A stretch of 58,361 nucleotides of DNA from Macrostomum lignano (lineage: Eukaryota). This document shows, one piece after another, positions 10,504-23,545 of this stretch. Numbering within the stretch: position 1 is the stretch's first letter; every line of letters starts with the position of its first letter. Location of the stretch: positions 1 to 58,361 of the forward strand of contig NIVC01004143.1 of the NCBI GenBank assembly GCA_002269645.1, written 5' to 3'. Under the pieces are notes generated by a model. It searched no databases. It had not been told where the DNA came from and saw nothing but the letters and a program-made list of their open reading frames with translations. The position numbers and the translations under genes were made by a program.

Positions 10504-13500
10504 CTACATGGAGTGTTGATTACTTTCTAAAGATATGGAGTAATTTAGTACATGTAATTCTGTATGATTATACCTAGTAGTACTCCGTAGACGTGTCCAT
10601 GAAAACAGAACAATTATCATTCAGATTGCTGTTCAATACCATCGGAGATGATCTCCAAGTATTCGGTGGCATCGCTATTGACCCGACTGCTCTGCGACAA
10701 CTCCATCATCTGTTCGTCGGGGTTAACCGTATCATAGCAGCACTCGCTCGTTATCTGTCTCTGAAGTGGTGATTGACAAATTCAACAAGTAGTGGTAGCA
10801 ACGTTCGATTTTATGGCATACGACCGATGGCCACTAGAAATTGCCGTTGTTTTTGCTTAGAGAAATAATATAGACTTATTCAATTTACATAATTACTACT
10901 TGCTCGAGTACTAACGCGAGGAACATTCGGAAGAGATTATTTCAAGACTGTGACTCACGCACAGCAGTGAAAACAAATCGAGTTTTTTCGATTTGCTCCT
11001 ATTTGAATAACTTCTATATATGGTACGAGCTCGTAAGCCATGACCTCAAATGTCCTCGCGCTTAAAAATCTGTTCTGCTCAGAAACTAAACTCCTGGCTT
11101 AACTATCAACTTGGTTAGCTCAACTATCAAGCCAACTCGAAGCAAACACATGCTACGAGTTTCATGTGATTCATGTAGTTTCGTGTGATTTTCGTAATAT
11201 CGAAATGTAAGAAAGCGTCCATTAGGCGCTTTAAAAAGTCGAATTTTCGTCTCAAAAAATCATATTTTTAAGAGACAAATTGCGCTTTTAACAGTAGGAA
11301 TGCCAAGCCATTTTTCCGCCCGTCAAACAACCAAGGTGGGGATTTTCCTTTTTTCATATAGAATCCCTCCCTGACAATTTCTTTTGCTGCGCCAAAACGA
11401 AGCAACGCAGGCACACGAAATTCAAGAACACGGGCTAAGTTTTTGTTGCACGTACACCTTATCAAACAAGAACCAATTCTTCAGCCCTCTGAACCGTCGA
11501 GATATTCGACGATTCTGCCAGAAGGTCAGATTTTTCCCATAAGCGCTAGTGTATTCAGTACACCCCTGTGCGCCAATCAGCACTATGCCTTAGTGCAGCC
11601 TTGCCAAGTCTCCAAATTTCATCAGCACGTCGACCACATGCGTCTGCATCAGCTCTGGCTTCGTTGGTTACTGGCTTCTGGACCTACAGCAGGTGGCACC
11701 AGGTGACTATGGACACCCTTGTTGCGAATTTCTCTAGTTTCGCTGATCAAGCCTCAACTGCTGAGCATCCTCGGCGTAGATGTGCATAGCTTTGATATGA
11801 GGATATATTTCAGCGTTGAGAATCGTACTTTCGCAAACAACTATAGAAAGATAGATCAGCACAGGCCAATCATAACTGAGGCTTTTAAGAAAAGATAAAA
11901 AATGAAATGTTGTTATGGTTTCGCTCTTTTACTCAAAATATAAAAAGTCGCTTCTCCAATCATCCGCAGACTCACCCGGAAGAGTTCAGAACTATTGCTA
12001 TCCTCATTAACTTCTGCTTCCAGCACCGATATGCTGGGCTGGGTGACATCGGTTGTGGTTGCTGCCACGGCTTTCTGCTGAGGCGCATCGCAGTTCAAAG
12101 CGGCCATTGGATGAGAAGAGACCGCTGGGGGTTCATCTTTGTTGCTTTGAGGCTGGCTGCAGAACTGATGGTTTGTAAAAACAAAAATTAGCTCAAGGTA
12201 ATTGTTGCATCAATACCAATCTTGCTCTTTTGCTTGGAGCTTTGTACTATGCAATACTTACCTTCTTGCGAGCAAAGACGAATAAAGCGGATGCCAATAT
12301 TAACAAAATAAAAACAACTGTCAGGACTATTACCAGCGGCCAAGGTTCTAAAATAGTTTTTTTAACCGAAGATTCAAATCGTATTACTTGACGCCAATGT
12401 CTGTCCAGTATTGCCATTTACTTTTGCTAAAAAAACTTACTATTTTTTGGGCATTCTGTGCCAATAGTTGTTTTAGCTTGATGCCGATTAGCATCGCAGA
12501 TTACAGACACATTGGCTGAGCTGCTGCAGTTTGAGCACAGCCACTGGGACCTCAGCAAATTGTCAGCCACGTCGCAGGTTGGATTTTTCACGGCTCTAAT
12601 TGTCAGCTGCTGGCCTTTAGAGTCGAATGCTCTGCACAAGTGCTTGGATGCGTCTGGAGACTCAAAGGTGACTTTGACATCAGCTCTTGGAGTTGCTGCA
12701 TTGCAGATGCCCAACTCTGTGGAGATTTTGTATCGACTTTGCGGACCTGAAAGTACGAAGTCATTCTGATTTCTGATTTGTGTGCATCTACCAAACTGAA
12801 ATCCATTTCAAATCAGATCGAAAAATTAAATTTTTTTCATCTTAACTAGAAATATCTCAATGCTTATATGCCAACATGCCTTCTCATATTAGAGCAAGCA
12901 TACACAATTTAACTCACCCTCAAAGTCGATGCGATTAAGCCACATGTTCACAAAGTTCATGCACTGATGGTAGCTATTTGTCAGATTCGCAACGAACTTT
13001 CTAAGCAGCAACATGCGGACCTGAAAGTTTACAAAATTTTAGTAGTCACACTTTTAAGTGTCAACACTAATGTTCTAAATATAAAATCTATAAATCATTG
13101 TAAGTGACCCATCAAATTGCTGGAATGTACTTACTGTTCGGTCGCATTTTACAGTCAAGTGTTCTCCTTTATCTATTTTTGATTTTGTTTTACCGCAGTA
13201 GCTCCAAGCCGACGGTTTTGAATTGAAAACCGAACTGATTTGCCGAGAGCCGCAGTGCTCAGACCCGAGCTGGCTGCTCAGGTCCGACTGTGAGGCAAAG
13301 AGCTCAACGTCTGCTGCACGGAACTCTACTGAATATCCTGGTACATCTGAAATTTTTTTGATTCCATTTTTTCATGACATAGTAGACTTGGTGCCTTCGC
13401 AGAATATATATTCGCAAAAATACATAAATTTGGCAGCAGAAACTCCCTCACCTCTACTTTCGACAGTGACAGACCGAATTCTTTCACTTTGATTCAGCAA

Positions 13501-13835
13501 AAGGACAAACCAATGGTATCCGTCAACTGCAGAAGAGTTGCGATCTCCGGAGTGAATGAAGTCCCACTGTCCCGTCCTGATTTCTGATCGAGTGTAAAAG
13601 CACCTTGATGTACTAGTATAAGAGCTCGTATAGTGAGATGACTGCCATGAGCTGGCGATCGCTTTGCGCGTGACTTGGAGTCGGCCTGAAGCATCAAAAT
13701 TATTGCTGTTTTTTTTAAATGAAAAATTATCAAAAACATCTCAACTTATTTCTTTAACTTACACAGTCCCGAAGTCGCGGCAATCAGACTTTCAATTACC
13801 GATGCAACAAGCAGAACGCAGGCCAGAAGCTTCAT
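10504..13835 (-). CDS. Receptor paralog B: signal peptide + discoidin/F5-8C-like domain + Cys-rich (possibly Ig-like) domain + TM + tail with ITIM/ITSM-like motifs (9 exons, 461 aa)
   Basis: Exons 13835-13763, 13685-13452, 13346-13135, 13020-12918, 12746-12441, 12386-12262, 12164-11976, 10760-10640 and 10526-10504 sum to 1386 nt in compatible phases. Signal peptide MKLLACVLLVASVIESLIA. Motifs SSWQSS and YHWFVLLLNQSERIRSVTVESR. TM WPLVIVLTVVFILLILASALFVFARKK. Tail contains CYDTV and TEYLEI. The exon 6 acceptor (AAG) and the terminal exon are the least certain parts. Confidence 0.8.
11292..11760 (+). mobile_element. Single arm of the foldback transposon family, in an intron of gene B
   Basis: TTAA at 11288-11291 is followed by CAGTAGGAATGCCAAGCCATTTTTCC, nearly the same terminus as 15988. 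The body matches 2560-2932 and 16000-16430. No second arm was seen. Confidence 0.75.
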
Positions 13836-14829
13836 GACGCTTCAACTGTACCTGAAAATTTCACTGCGTGAAGCTGCAGGGCGCGTTTGTTTTAGAGAAA
13901 TGTGACCATAATAAAGCTTCGTTGGCTGCTTAATCATATTGCTGTGTGGGGGAGGGGGTGCCGGAAGTCCAACTAAAGTCTTTCAACTGCATGGTCAGTG
14001 TTTGTCCAGCATTAGCAATGCTTTCCAATTTTACAAGCAAATTGGCTGCTTTAAACGTTGAATTTGTAATAATTAAACTGAAGTGAAGATGTGTAGAACT
14101 TGGATAGGGCAAAATCTTAATGGAACGTTTGAAGCATTTCGACATTAACCCGTCACATGTGAGCCACTGTAGGTGGCGCTAAAGGGGCGTTGGAAGCATG
14201 GTCTTATGTTGCTAAGTTTAAACTCTTCATTTAGTTGGGAGTCTCACAGGAACACACAGGAACTCCTATGTATATCGCCGACACCTACATGCGCACAAGT
14301 TTATGGCATGTGTTCAAAATTAAAGCATTGCAAACCATCATCATAATACATATATATATATATATAAATCATCATTTATGTCTAAAGCATCAATATTTGA
14401 AGCTAAATTTAAATGGAAAAGTGTTTTGCTGCTGCCTGGTGATTACGAGCTATAAGTATCAACCTGAATCTATTTTCTCATAGATTCAGATTGTTCAGAT
14501 GTTCGATTCTATTTTAATTGGAAAGTTTTCACAGTTCTGACTTCTAAATGGCTTAGATTTATCAGTATTTACTAGTGAAAAGAAATTCCGTGTGCATAGC
14601 GCAGATCAGCCTGAAACTGTATGTATCTGTGGCAACAGTACCATTTTGTTGTGCCGAAAAAGGAATGCATCGGCGTAAGCGCGCTGTCAATCATTGGCAC
14701 ACGCAGGCAAATGACAGCAGTTAAAGCTAGTAAAGCAATGCTCGATTTTATAGTTGCAATAAAGAAATAAAAAATGAAAAAATAGCATGACAACAGTCAG
14801 TCGGTGACAAATAACAGTTCCGTATAGGA

Positions 14830-15690
14830 GGCGGGTAACTGCCACGGCTTACGCTGCCCCCTCTTTCTCTCTCTGCACCGCATGCCCCGGTGTCGCCCCA
14901 GCCTGCGAAGGAGGGCGAAAGTGGCCTGCGCATCCGCCAGGAGGTCGGCTAGGCGTGCCCCGTCGCCTCTAGGGCAGTCGAGCAGTAAATGCTGCTCGTT
15001 GTCACGATCCCCGCAGTCCGCGGCACAGATCGGAGTCGGACAGACTCAGTCGGTGGCGGGTGGCGTCGGCCAGGGTGTTGCAGCCGGCCCTAAACTGACG
15101 AAGGAAAACGTTCAGTCTCCTGGGGAGGTCCGGCAGCCGCGGCCAGGGTGCACTGCGGCGTAGGTGCAAGCTAGCTGTAATGAGCGGTATGTCTAGTTCT
15201 TCCTGTTCTGCATTAGTCGTCTTCGCCGCCTCATCCGCTCTCTCGTTCAACTATATTCTAACTATGTTGACGTCGGCGCTGTTAATCAGACTTCATATAT
15301 TTGAAACAAGTCTGCTGCCGCTGCTGGGGCCCGCCAAGATGCTCTGGAGGTCTTGGAACGCCTGCAAAGCGAGCGAGAAATAGCCTGGAGCTCTGCCTGT
15401 GTTCTGCTGCAGAAATCTTCTGCCGCGTCGGAGATGATGCGGCCCCAAGCTTGAGTAATGACGAGGGCAGCGCTAGTTCCGTTAGTGGTGGCTACCAGCG
15501 ACCAAGCCGTCTGTCCATGCATTGACTGGGTATAAGCCGCGTTTCTCCAGGTATTTCATCGCTGCCGTGCTGCGGAGACCAGGGATATGATTACGGCTGC
15601 ACTGGAGTGCCAGATTTAGGTCGAAGCTGGCTGTCCTCTGTACCGTTCATGACGGCGCTTAGTCACGTTGGTCCCGCACTTTCTCTCTCC
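14830..15690 (-). mobile_element. Degenerate 3' fragment of an RNase H-bearing non-LTR retrotransposon
   Basis: Frameshifted minus-strand translation gives RNase H motifs WTDG...CSRTQAELQAI and NERADEAAK, then LPRRLNVFLRQFRAG and a CCHC knuckle C-R-x-D-C-G-D-R-D-N-E-Q-H-L-L-L-D-C-P. Confidence 0.75.
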
Positions 15691-15716
15691 CTCGCAGGCT
15701 CGGTGGTGTTACGGCC

Positions 15717-15855
15717 CTTTGTCTCTCTCTCTCTATCTCTCTCTCACCTCTCTCCTCTCTCTCTCTCTCTCCTCTCCTCTCTCTCCTCTCGCTCCTCTCT
15801 CTCCTCTCTCACTTCTCTCTCCTCTCTCACTTCTCTCTCCTTTCTCTCTGTCTTC
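15717..15855. repeat. Imperfect (CT)n microsatellite
   Basis: ctctctctctatctctctctcacctctctcc... run. Confidence 0.9.
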
Positions 15856-15987
15856 TTTCTAATTAGCTGCGTTGCTTATCGTGTAAATTGATAGCTCATT
15901 TTATTACAGATCTAATTTCTGTCGCTGTCTACTACCAAATATAGGGGCTGGCAGCTGGCGGCTGGCAGGTAAATACGAGCGTATTAA

Positions 15988-17275
15988 CAGTAGGAATACC
16001 AAGCCATTTTTCCGCCCGTCGAACTACCAAGAGGTGGACAATATTTTTTGGTGCGCCAGAACGGAGCAACGCCGGCTCACGAAGTTCGAGAACACGGGCT
16101 AACTTTTTTTTGCGCACCTTCTCAAACAAGAATCAAGTCGCCAGCCCTTCGGACCGTCGAGATATTCGACGATTCTGCCAGAAGGTCGGATTTTTCCCAT
16201 AAGTGCTAGTGTATTCAGTACACCCCTGTGCGCCAATCAGCACTGCGCCTCAGTGCAGCCTTGCCAAGCCTCCAAATTTCATCAGCACGTCGACCAAATG
16301 TGTCTGCATCAGCTCTGACTTCGTTGGTTACTGGCCTTCACCCAGACGGAGCTTCTAGACCTTCAACAGGTGGCACCAGGTGACTATGAACACCTTGATG
16401 CGAATTTCTCTAGTTTCACCGATCAAGCCTCGACAGTGGGCACGAATCAACCGCCAGACATCCTCAGCTAGTCAGTCAAGCATTCAGCCATCACCCCGAC
16501 GCCGTCGGCACCTTCAACAGGTGGCACCAGGGGAGTAAGGACACCTGAGCGTGATTTTACATTTCTGAAGCTCTCAGAATTTTTAAAGCACGGACATTGC
16601 TATAGTTAAGCTTGAACTCATGTTGCTGTATATTTATATTATTATTACACATACTTTTATGCATACGAGCTACATACATATTTTATTCGAGAAGCTGTTT
16701 AGTTTATTCAACTATAATATTGAACCCAATTTTTATGCAGAAAGGGTTATGCTTTTAAGAAGCCAGTAAATTCAATCGGTTTTTTCATCTTTTAATGATT
16801 CAGAAATGTTAAGAGCATGATGAAAAATCACGCTCAGGTGTCCTTACTCCCCTGGTGCCACCCGTTGAAGGTGCCGACGGCGTCGGGGTGATGGCTAAAT
16901 GCTTAGGAGACTAGCTGAAGGTGTCCGGCAGTTGAGGCTCTGACCAACGAAGTCAGAGCTGATGCAGACACATTTGGTCGACGTGCTGATGAAATTTGGA
17001 GGCTTGGCAAGGCTGCACTGAGGCGCAGTGCTGATTGGCGCACAGGGGTGTACTGAATACACTAGCGCTTATGGGAAAAATCCGACCTTCTGGCAGAATC
17101 GTCGAATATCTCGACGGTCCGAAGGGCTGGCGACTTGATTCTTGTTTGAGAAGGTTCGCAACAAAAAGTTAGCCCGTGTTCTTGAACTTCGTGTGCCTGC
17201 GTTGCTCCGTTCCGGTGCAGCAAAAAATATTGTCAGGGGGGGGGGGGAATTCCCCCCCTCTTGGTAGTTCTACTA
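15988..17275. mobile_element. Non-autonomous foldback DNA transposon, copy 3, with TTAA on both flanks
   Basis: TTAA at 15984-15987 and 17276-17279. Termini CAGTAGGAATACC and (reverse complement) TAGTAGAACTACC. Arms 15988-16558 and 16823-17275 are inverted copies around a ~260-bp AT-rich spacer. Confidence 0.8.
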
Positions 17276-17594
17276 TTAATTATCTTTATTAACCGATACT
17301 GACCCTACTTTCAAATGTAACCATATGTATGAGTTTTAAGCACATAAAAATAACGAGACAAGTACAACCGATCAGTCTATGCTGGTGTGTTGCTCTGGCA
17401 CGAGTTAAAGCTGCATCGAAAGAGTTCTGGTTTGTTATAGTTTACTCGTATATTATTTTAGGCGATATGTGAAGAAGAGAAAAAATAAATACAAGAAGCC
17501 AGTTGATAAACATTTTCAACGTATCGCGAGATTACATCGCGTGTGTAAGCTTATTTTTTCGGTACCAATATAAAAACCTCAGGGCAGTTGGTGT

Positions 17595-18861
<1,267 letters not shown>

Positions 18862-19633
18862 CTCCGTCTTTCGCTATTGGCTTTTCTATCAATTCAACAG
18901 TCAGTGAAAATATGATCTGAATATGTAATACGCCGAATGACTTTAAGAACCATTTTATTGAAAATAAAAGCATCATACAATATCAAATAAGATAAAAAAT
19001 GGATAGCCTTTAAGAGCAGAGTAATAATTAATTGAATTTAGCCCGTTTAAAGTAATAAAAATACAATTTTAAACAAAAAATATATATAGCACATAAAACA
19101 TATTAGAGTTGATTTTCGATTTTGTTTTTATACGAGCCAGAAGAGATTTCAACTTCAGGCTTCAACTCCCTTCATAAGCTCCAGATTAACAAGTTGACAA
19201 TTATTTTTTCTAATTGTAGCAGATGCCTAAAAGGACAGAATGTACTGAAAATGGCGAAAAAAAGTAAAAATTTATCTTTAAAGCAGCGAACTATCTTACC
19301 ACAGCGATGGGCTCGGCCGAAGTTTCAACCTTCACAGGAGGTCTGAGCTGGCTCACCTCCGGTGTACTGCTGTCAGCCAGCTCTGCGGCAACCCATAAGC
19401 TGGACTGATCTTGGCTTGGTTTGCAATATCGCTGAAATGCAGTTTTGAAATTTGTAAAAAATGCTGACAAAAGGTGTTTAACACACAGGTATATTAATAC
19501 AAATAGGCCTTTAACAACTTACCTTCTTAATAAACGCTCCTGTAACTAAAAACATTGTTGCTGCCAAAAGTATAAAGAGTGGAAGAGCCAGGGCCTTGAA
19601 GAGCATTAAAATTGCTGAAAAATTGTGTAAAGC

Positions 19634-19792
19634 ATCTGGTTTGTGAATCGTCGTATTTGTGAAGCATCGGATTTGTGAATCATCGGATTTGTGAAGCATT
19701 GGATTTGTGAAGCATTGGATTTGTGAAGCATCGTATTTGTGAAGCATCGGATTTGTGGATCGTCTGGTTTGTGAAGCATCGGATTTGTGAAA
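19634..19792. repeat. 16-bp tandem repeat (GTGAAGCATCGGATTT), about 10 copies, in intron 5 of gene C
   Basis: Direct reading. Confidence 0.9.
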
Positions 19793-20840
19793 CAACAATC
19801 AAAACTTGTTTCTTTGATCTCATTTAATGCAGAGTGCTGTTGAAAACCTAAAAACGACACTCACTAAACTTAGGCATCCATGTCCGACACAGAGGCTGTT
19901 GGAAGGATGCAGATGCTATTGTCTGGTTATTCCATACGACAGAACAGTTCACTGTCAGCTTTGCAGGGTTGCCGCAGTTCTGACAGCTCCAAATCGACTT
20001 GATTGAATTTGCTCGAGCATCGCATACAGACTCGCCAAGCTTCTGCATCAGTGAGATTCTGTTGCCAAATCGATTCCAAAGTTTACAACTGTGCTTCGTT
20101 CTCGACGCTAAACTCGGCGATTCGAAAGTGAATTTCGAAAAATTACCATATTTTTCTTGACATTCTTCAGCGTCGGTTGAGATTTTTAGTCTAGCAGGGG
20201 CTTCTGAAATTGACCGTGATGCAATGAGAATTGCGAAAAAACTTCATTTATAACAGGAAGACTTACCAGTGACATCCACACGATTGAGCCATAGGCTACT
20301 GAAGCTCATGCATTGTCTTTGCAACTCGACCTCTTCTGCACTTTCTAAGTAGCATTGTTTTTACCTTGAGAATATGAATTATGCACTGGTTGTTAATTGG
20401 CAGGTATTCATCTTTTAAGTTGTCATTTGTGAATTGTTAAAATGATCTTACACTCCGCTGTCTGCAATAAACTGTTAGCATCTCGCCAAGCGACACAGTT
20501 GGCTTTGTAATCCCACAGAGGTTCCAGTCGTAGCCGGCAGCTCGTGTCCGATCAAATATCCAACTAATATTGCTTGTGTTGCAGCGGTCATTGCCGAAAT
20601 GAAAATTAGATTCACTTGTCCAAATTTCGATGTTTGCTGCTCGACTTTTGATGGCTTCTTCCATTCTTGAATTCCACGAATCTGTTCGATTTTTAGCTGC
20701 AATTTTTAACGTTAGCAAGCGAGCTTTGAAGAGTGCTACTATGCTATTTGCATAAATTATTTTGTGATTCTTTTAGACAGGGTCTTTAGACATACCTCTA
20801 CCTTCTATTGTAACCGAATTGATTAATTCTGTCTTATGTA

Positions 20841-22594
20841 CGAGGGATGTTCCATAAGTACTTATACTTTTGCATGCTGCTCAGGAACTACGCAACCAAT
20901 CATTGTAAGTTTTATGTCGCTGGAAAGCGGCTTTACTCATCTTTATTCTGTCGCCAAAATCATTTCGTTCTGTCAACTATGTCAAAAGTTACAACAAAAA
21001 ACGTAGTCAAAGGTCACCCATAGACTTACAAGAAATTTAAAGAGCAACAACTACAATGGCAAGCATGAAAACAGAGGCGCGTTGTTGATGACAGAAAGTT
21101 TGACTTCTTTGTCACTCATCCTCAGTCGGTACCGACACCTTCTCAACGTAGTTTCCACCGGAGTTGATGCACTTGGTCCACCTGTTAAAAATGCTTTTGA
21201 TGGCTTCTGCGTACAGCTGTCGGGGGATGACATACAGCAGAATTCTGCGGACTTCCTCCTCGATCTGGTTCCTGGTCTCGTACACGCGTCCTTTCAGATG
21301 GCGCTTCAACTCTGGAAATAAAGCAAAGTCTGCTGGTGCCAGGTCTGGAGAGTAAGGAGGGTGAGGTAGAAGATGGAGCTTCAGCTTGCTGATTGCCTCG
21401 ACTGTCTTTTGTGCTGTATGAGGCCTTGCATTGTCATGATGAAGAATGAAAGGTCTGGGATTTTCACGACGCTTGTTCTGGATGTCATGATGCAGCTTTG
21501 TTAGCGTTTCAACGTAGCGCTCAGAGTTTATTGTAGTGTTTGGCTCCAAAAACTCGACAGTTAGAGGACCATTGCAGTCGAAAAACAGAGACAGCATGAT
21601 CTTCTTTCCATGTGCGTCCCTTTGAGCTTTTACCGGAGGATCAGAGCCCTTCAGCATCCAGACCTGGGAATCACGTTTCGTTGGTGGATCAAAATGGGGA
21701 ATCCAGGTTTCATCTCCAGTGACTATCATTCGATGGAAGAGATCCCAACCACCGTATTCTTCCATCATCCGAATATTGGCCTGACAAATCTGCTGCCTCT
21801 GCAGTCTCAAGTCCGAGGTGAGTAGGCGTGGCACCCAACGAGCAGTCAGCTTGACAAAGTCCATGCGCGACAAGCAGCGATGCACAGTTGTGCTCGGCGT
21901 GTCCAGTCTATCTGCAATCTGTCGAATCGTTAGCCGACAATCTTCGTCCAGCAGATCAAGAATTCGATCGGTGAGAGCATCAGAGCCTGATGTGCAGGGG
22001 CGGCCCGACCTCGGCAAATCAGCAACATTGGTCCTTCCTGCTTCGAACTGCTCAACCCAGTTGTAGACGGTCATCCTGCTCACCGCATTAGCTCCATGAA
22101 TGTTGCATAAATCCGCATAAATCTCTGATCGCTTTTTTCCGAGTTTCCAGAGGGTAAAAATTGCAGCGCGCTGTCCTTCCCTTGAGTTCACATCCATGGT
22201 GATGCAGCAGCAGCCAAGGTGGTGAAACTTTACAAGATTAAGATGCTGTGATCTTAAGATTAAGATGCTGTGAAAGCTTAGGCCAGTATTTTCCATAGAC
22301 GAAAAGGGTGTGGCATTCGCTTATGAAGCAAAAAAGAATGCATTATGTAGAATCCGAAATAACTCTGCGTGCTGAACTTTGAAGTTTTGATTTTGAAAAT
22401 TTCTTGTAAGTCTATGGGTGACCTTTGACTACGTTTTTTGTTGTAACTTTTGACATAGTTGACAGAACGAAATGATTTTGGCGACAGATTAAAGATGAGT
22501 AAAGCCGCTTTCCAGCGACATAAAACTTAAAATGATTGGTTGCGTAGTTCCTGAGCAGCATGCAAAAGTATAAGTACTTATGGAACATCCCTCG
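20841..22594 (-). mobile_element. Mariner (DD34D) DNA transposon, 1754 bp, with 198-bp terminal inverted repeats and a TA duplication
   Basis: TIRs at 20841-21038 and 22397-22594 (two mismatches seen). TA at 20839-20840 and 22595-22596. Terminus CGAGGG. Confidence 0.95.
21112..22296 (-). CDS. Mariner transposase, apparently intact
   Basis: HTH region, WVPRLL linker, TGDETW, HHDNARPH and YSPDLAPADF. There are 34 residues between the second and third catalytic Asp. The true start may be the M of MDVNSRE (~22199). Confidence 0.95.
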   Translation of the reverse strand: MENTGLSFHSILILRSQHLNLVKFHHLGCCCITMDVNSREGQRAAIFTLWKLGKKRSEIYADLCNIHGANAVSRMTVYNWVEQFEAGRTNVADLPRSGRPCTSGSDALTDRILDLLDEDCRLTIRQIADRLDTPSTTVHRCLSRMDFVKLTARWVPRLLTSDLRLQRQQICQANIRMMEEYGGWDLFHRMIVTGDETWIPHFDPPTKRDSQVWMLKGSDPPVKAQRDAHGKKIMLSLFFDCNGPLTVEFLEPNTTINSERYVETLTKLHHDIQNKRRENPRPFILHHDNARPHTAQKTVEAISKLKLHLLPHPPYSPDLAPADFALFPELKRHLKGRVYETRNQIEEEVRRILLYVIPRQLYAEAIKSIFNRWTKCINSGGNYVEKVSVPTEDE

Positions 22595-23299
22595 TAGCTT
22601 GATGGCAAACCATAAGTATCCTTGATCAGCAAGCGACTTGTTCTCAAGTGTGTGGAAATACAGAAAGGGCAGCTTATCTTCATGTTGATTGCCCAATTTG
22701 AAGCACGCCGATCCCAGCTGGCTGGAGTAGTAGCTGCTTGATTGCCAAGAGTCAGCAATAGACGATCTGGTGATGCGAAGGCTGCCTAAAAAGTGTTTGA
22801 GGAACTGTTTTTAATCAAGGCGGGAGTCGCCGAAATTGAGCTTGCTTTTCGCTTGGGCTGGCACACCGGAGATGTCAAGATCGGTTTTGCTAATCGGAAA
22901 TTATCGAGAAATTTTGTGCAGATAGTAAGGTTTCTCCGCCTATCTTGCCAAGCTTGTGACTAAATAAAGTTTTGAAAAGGCAGAGCGTCTACTCTTTATT
23001 CAGTAGCTTGTTTGTGCAATGTCACTTAAATTTAACAGCCTAGCTATGGGGCTGAGGCACCCTTTTTCTCTCTTGCACTCGCTATATGCACACGAACTGG
23101 AATTTGGTTTTTCAAATTTTCCTGCAATCTTCAGTAATAAAATTCATTTATTTTAAACAATTTCTAGTATGGAGTCAGTATATGAAGCCGGTAAAACAAA
23201 ATGAAGATGCTACGATGCTACTCGTAATTTAACGGATATGATGTAGAAAGCTGAAAGATATTGTTGCATTTAATAAGCTAGTTTAAGAACTTTTTTTAT

Positions 23300-23545
23300 T
23301 GTCTGGGCCGCAAAAATGCTGAATTCACTAAGAAAGCAGTGCCCGTGAAGGTCAAGATGAAGTCCTTTCTGTTAAGATTCAGAAGGACACTTCTGCGATG
23401 TCGTCTGGAGGGATGGCACTCGGGAGACGCCTAGTAACGCCTGGAGAGCGTCAGTAATGACCTTGCTGGAGATTCGGGACCCGGGGGGGGGGTCAGGAAT
23501 CAGGACCCGGGAGCTGGAGCTTCCTACATCTTGGCCGGAGAATCA
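23300..23545 (-). mobile_element. Short degenerate LINE ORF2 C-terminal remnant in intron 1 of gene C
   Basis: Frameshifted translation RRSVLLNLNRKDF..LTFTGHCFL resembles the L..R..I..LTGH segment also seen at 50790-50900. Confidence 0.45.

Noticed and set aside
14146-14185. TTAACCC with AGGTGGCGCT, as a possible piggyBac end or CTCF-like site
   Set aside because: No matching GGGTTAA right end nearby, and a single short motif is not evidence.
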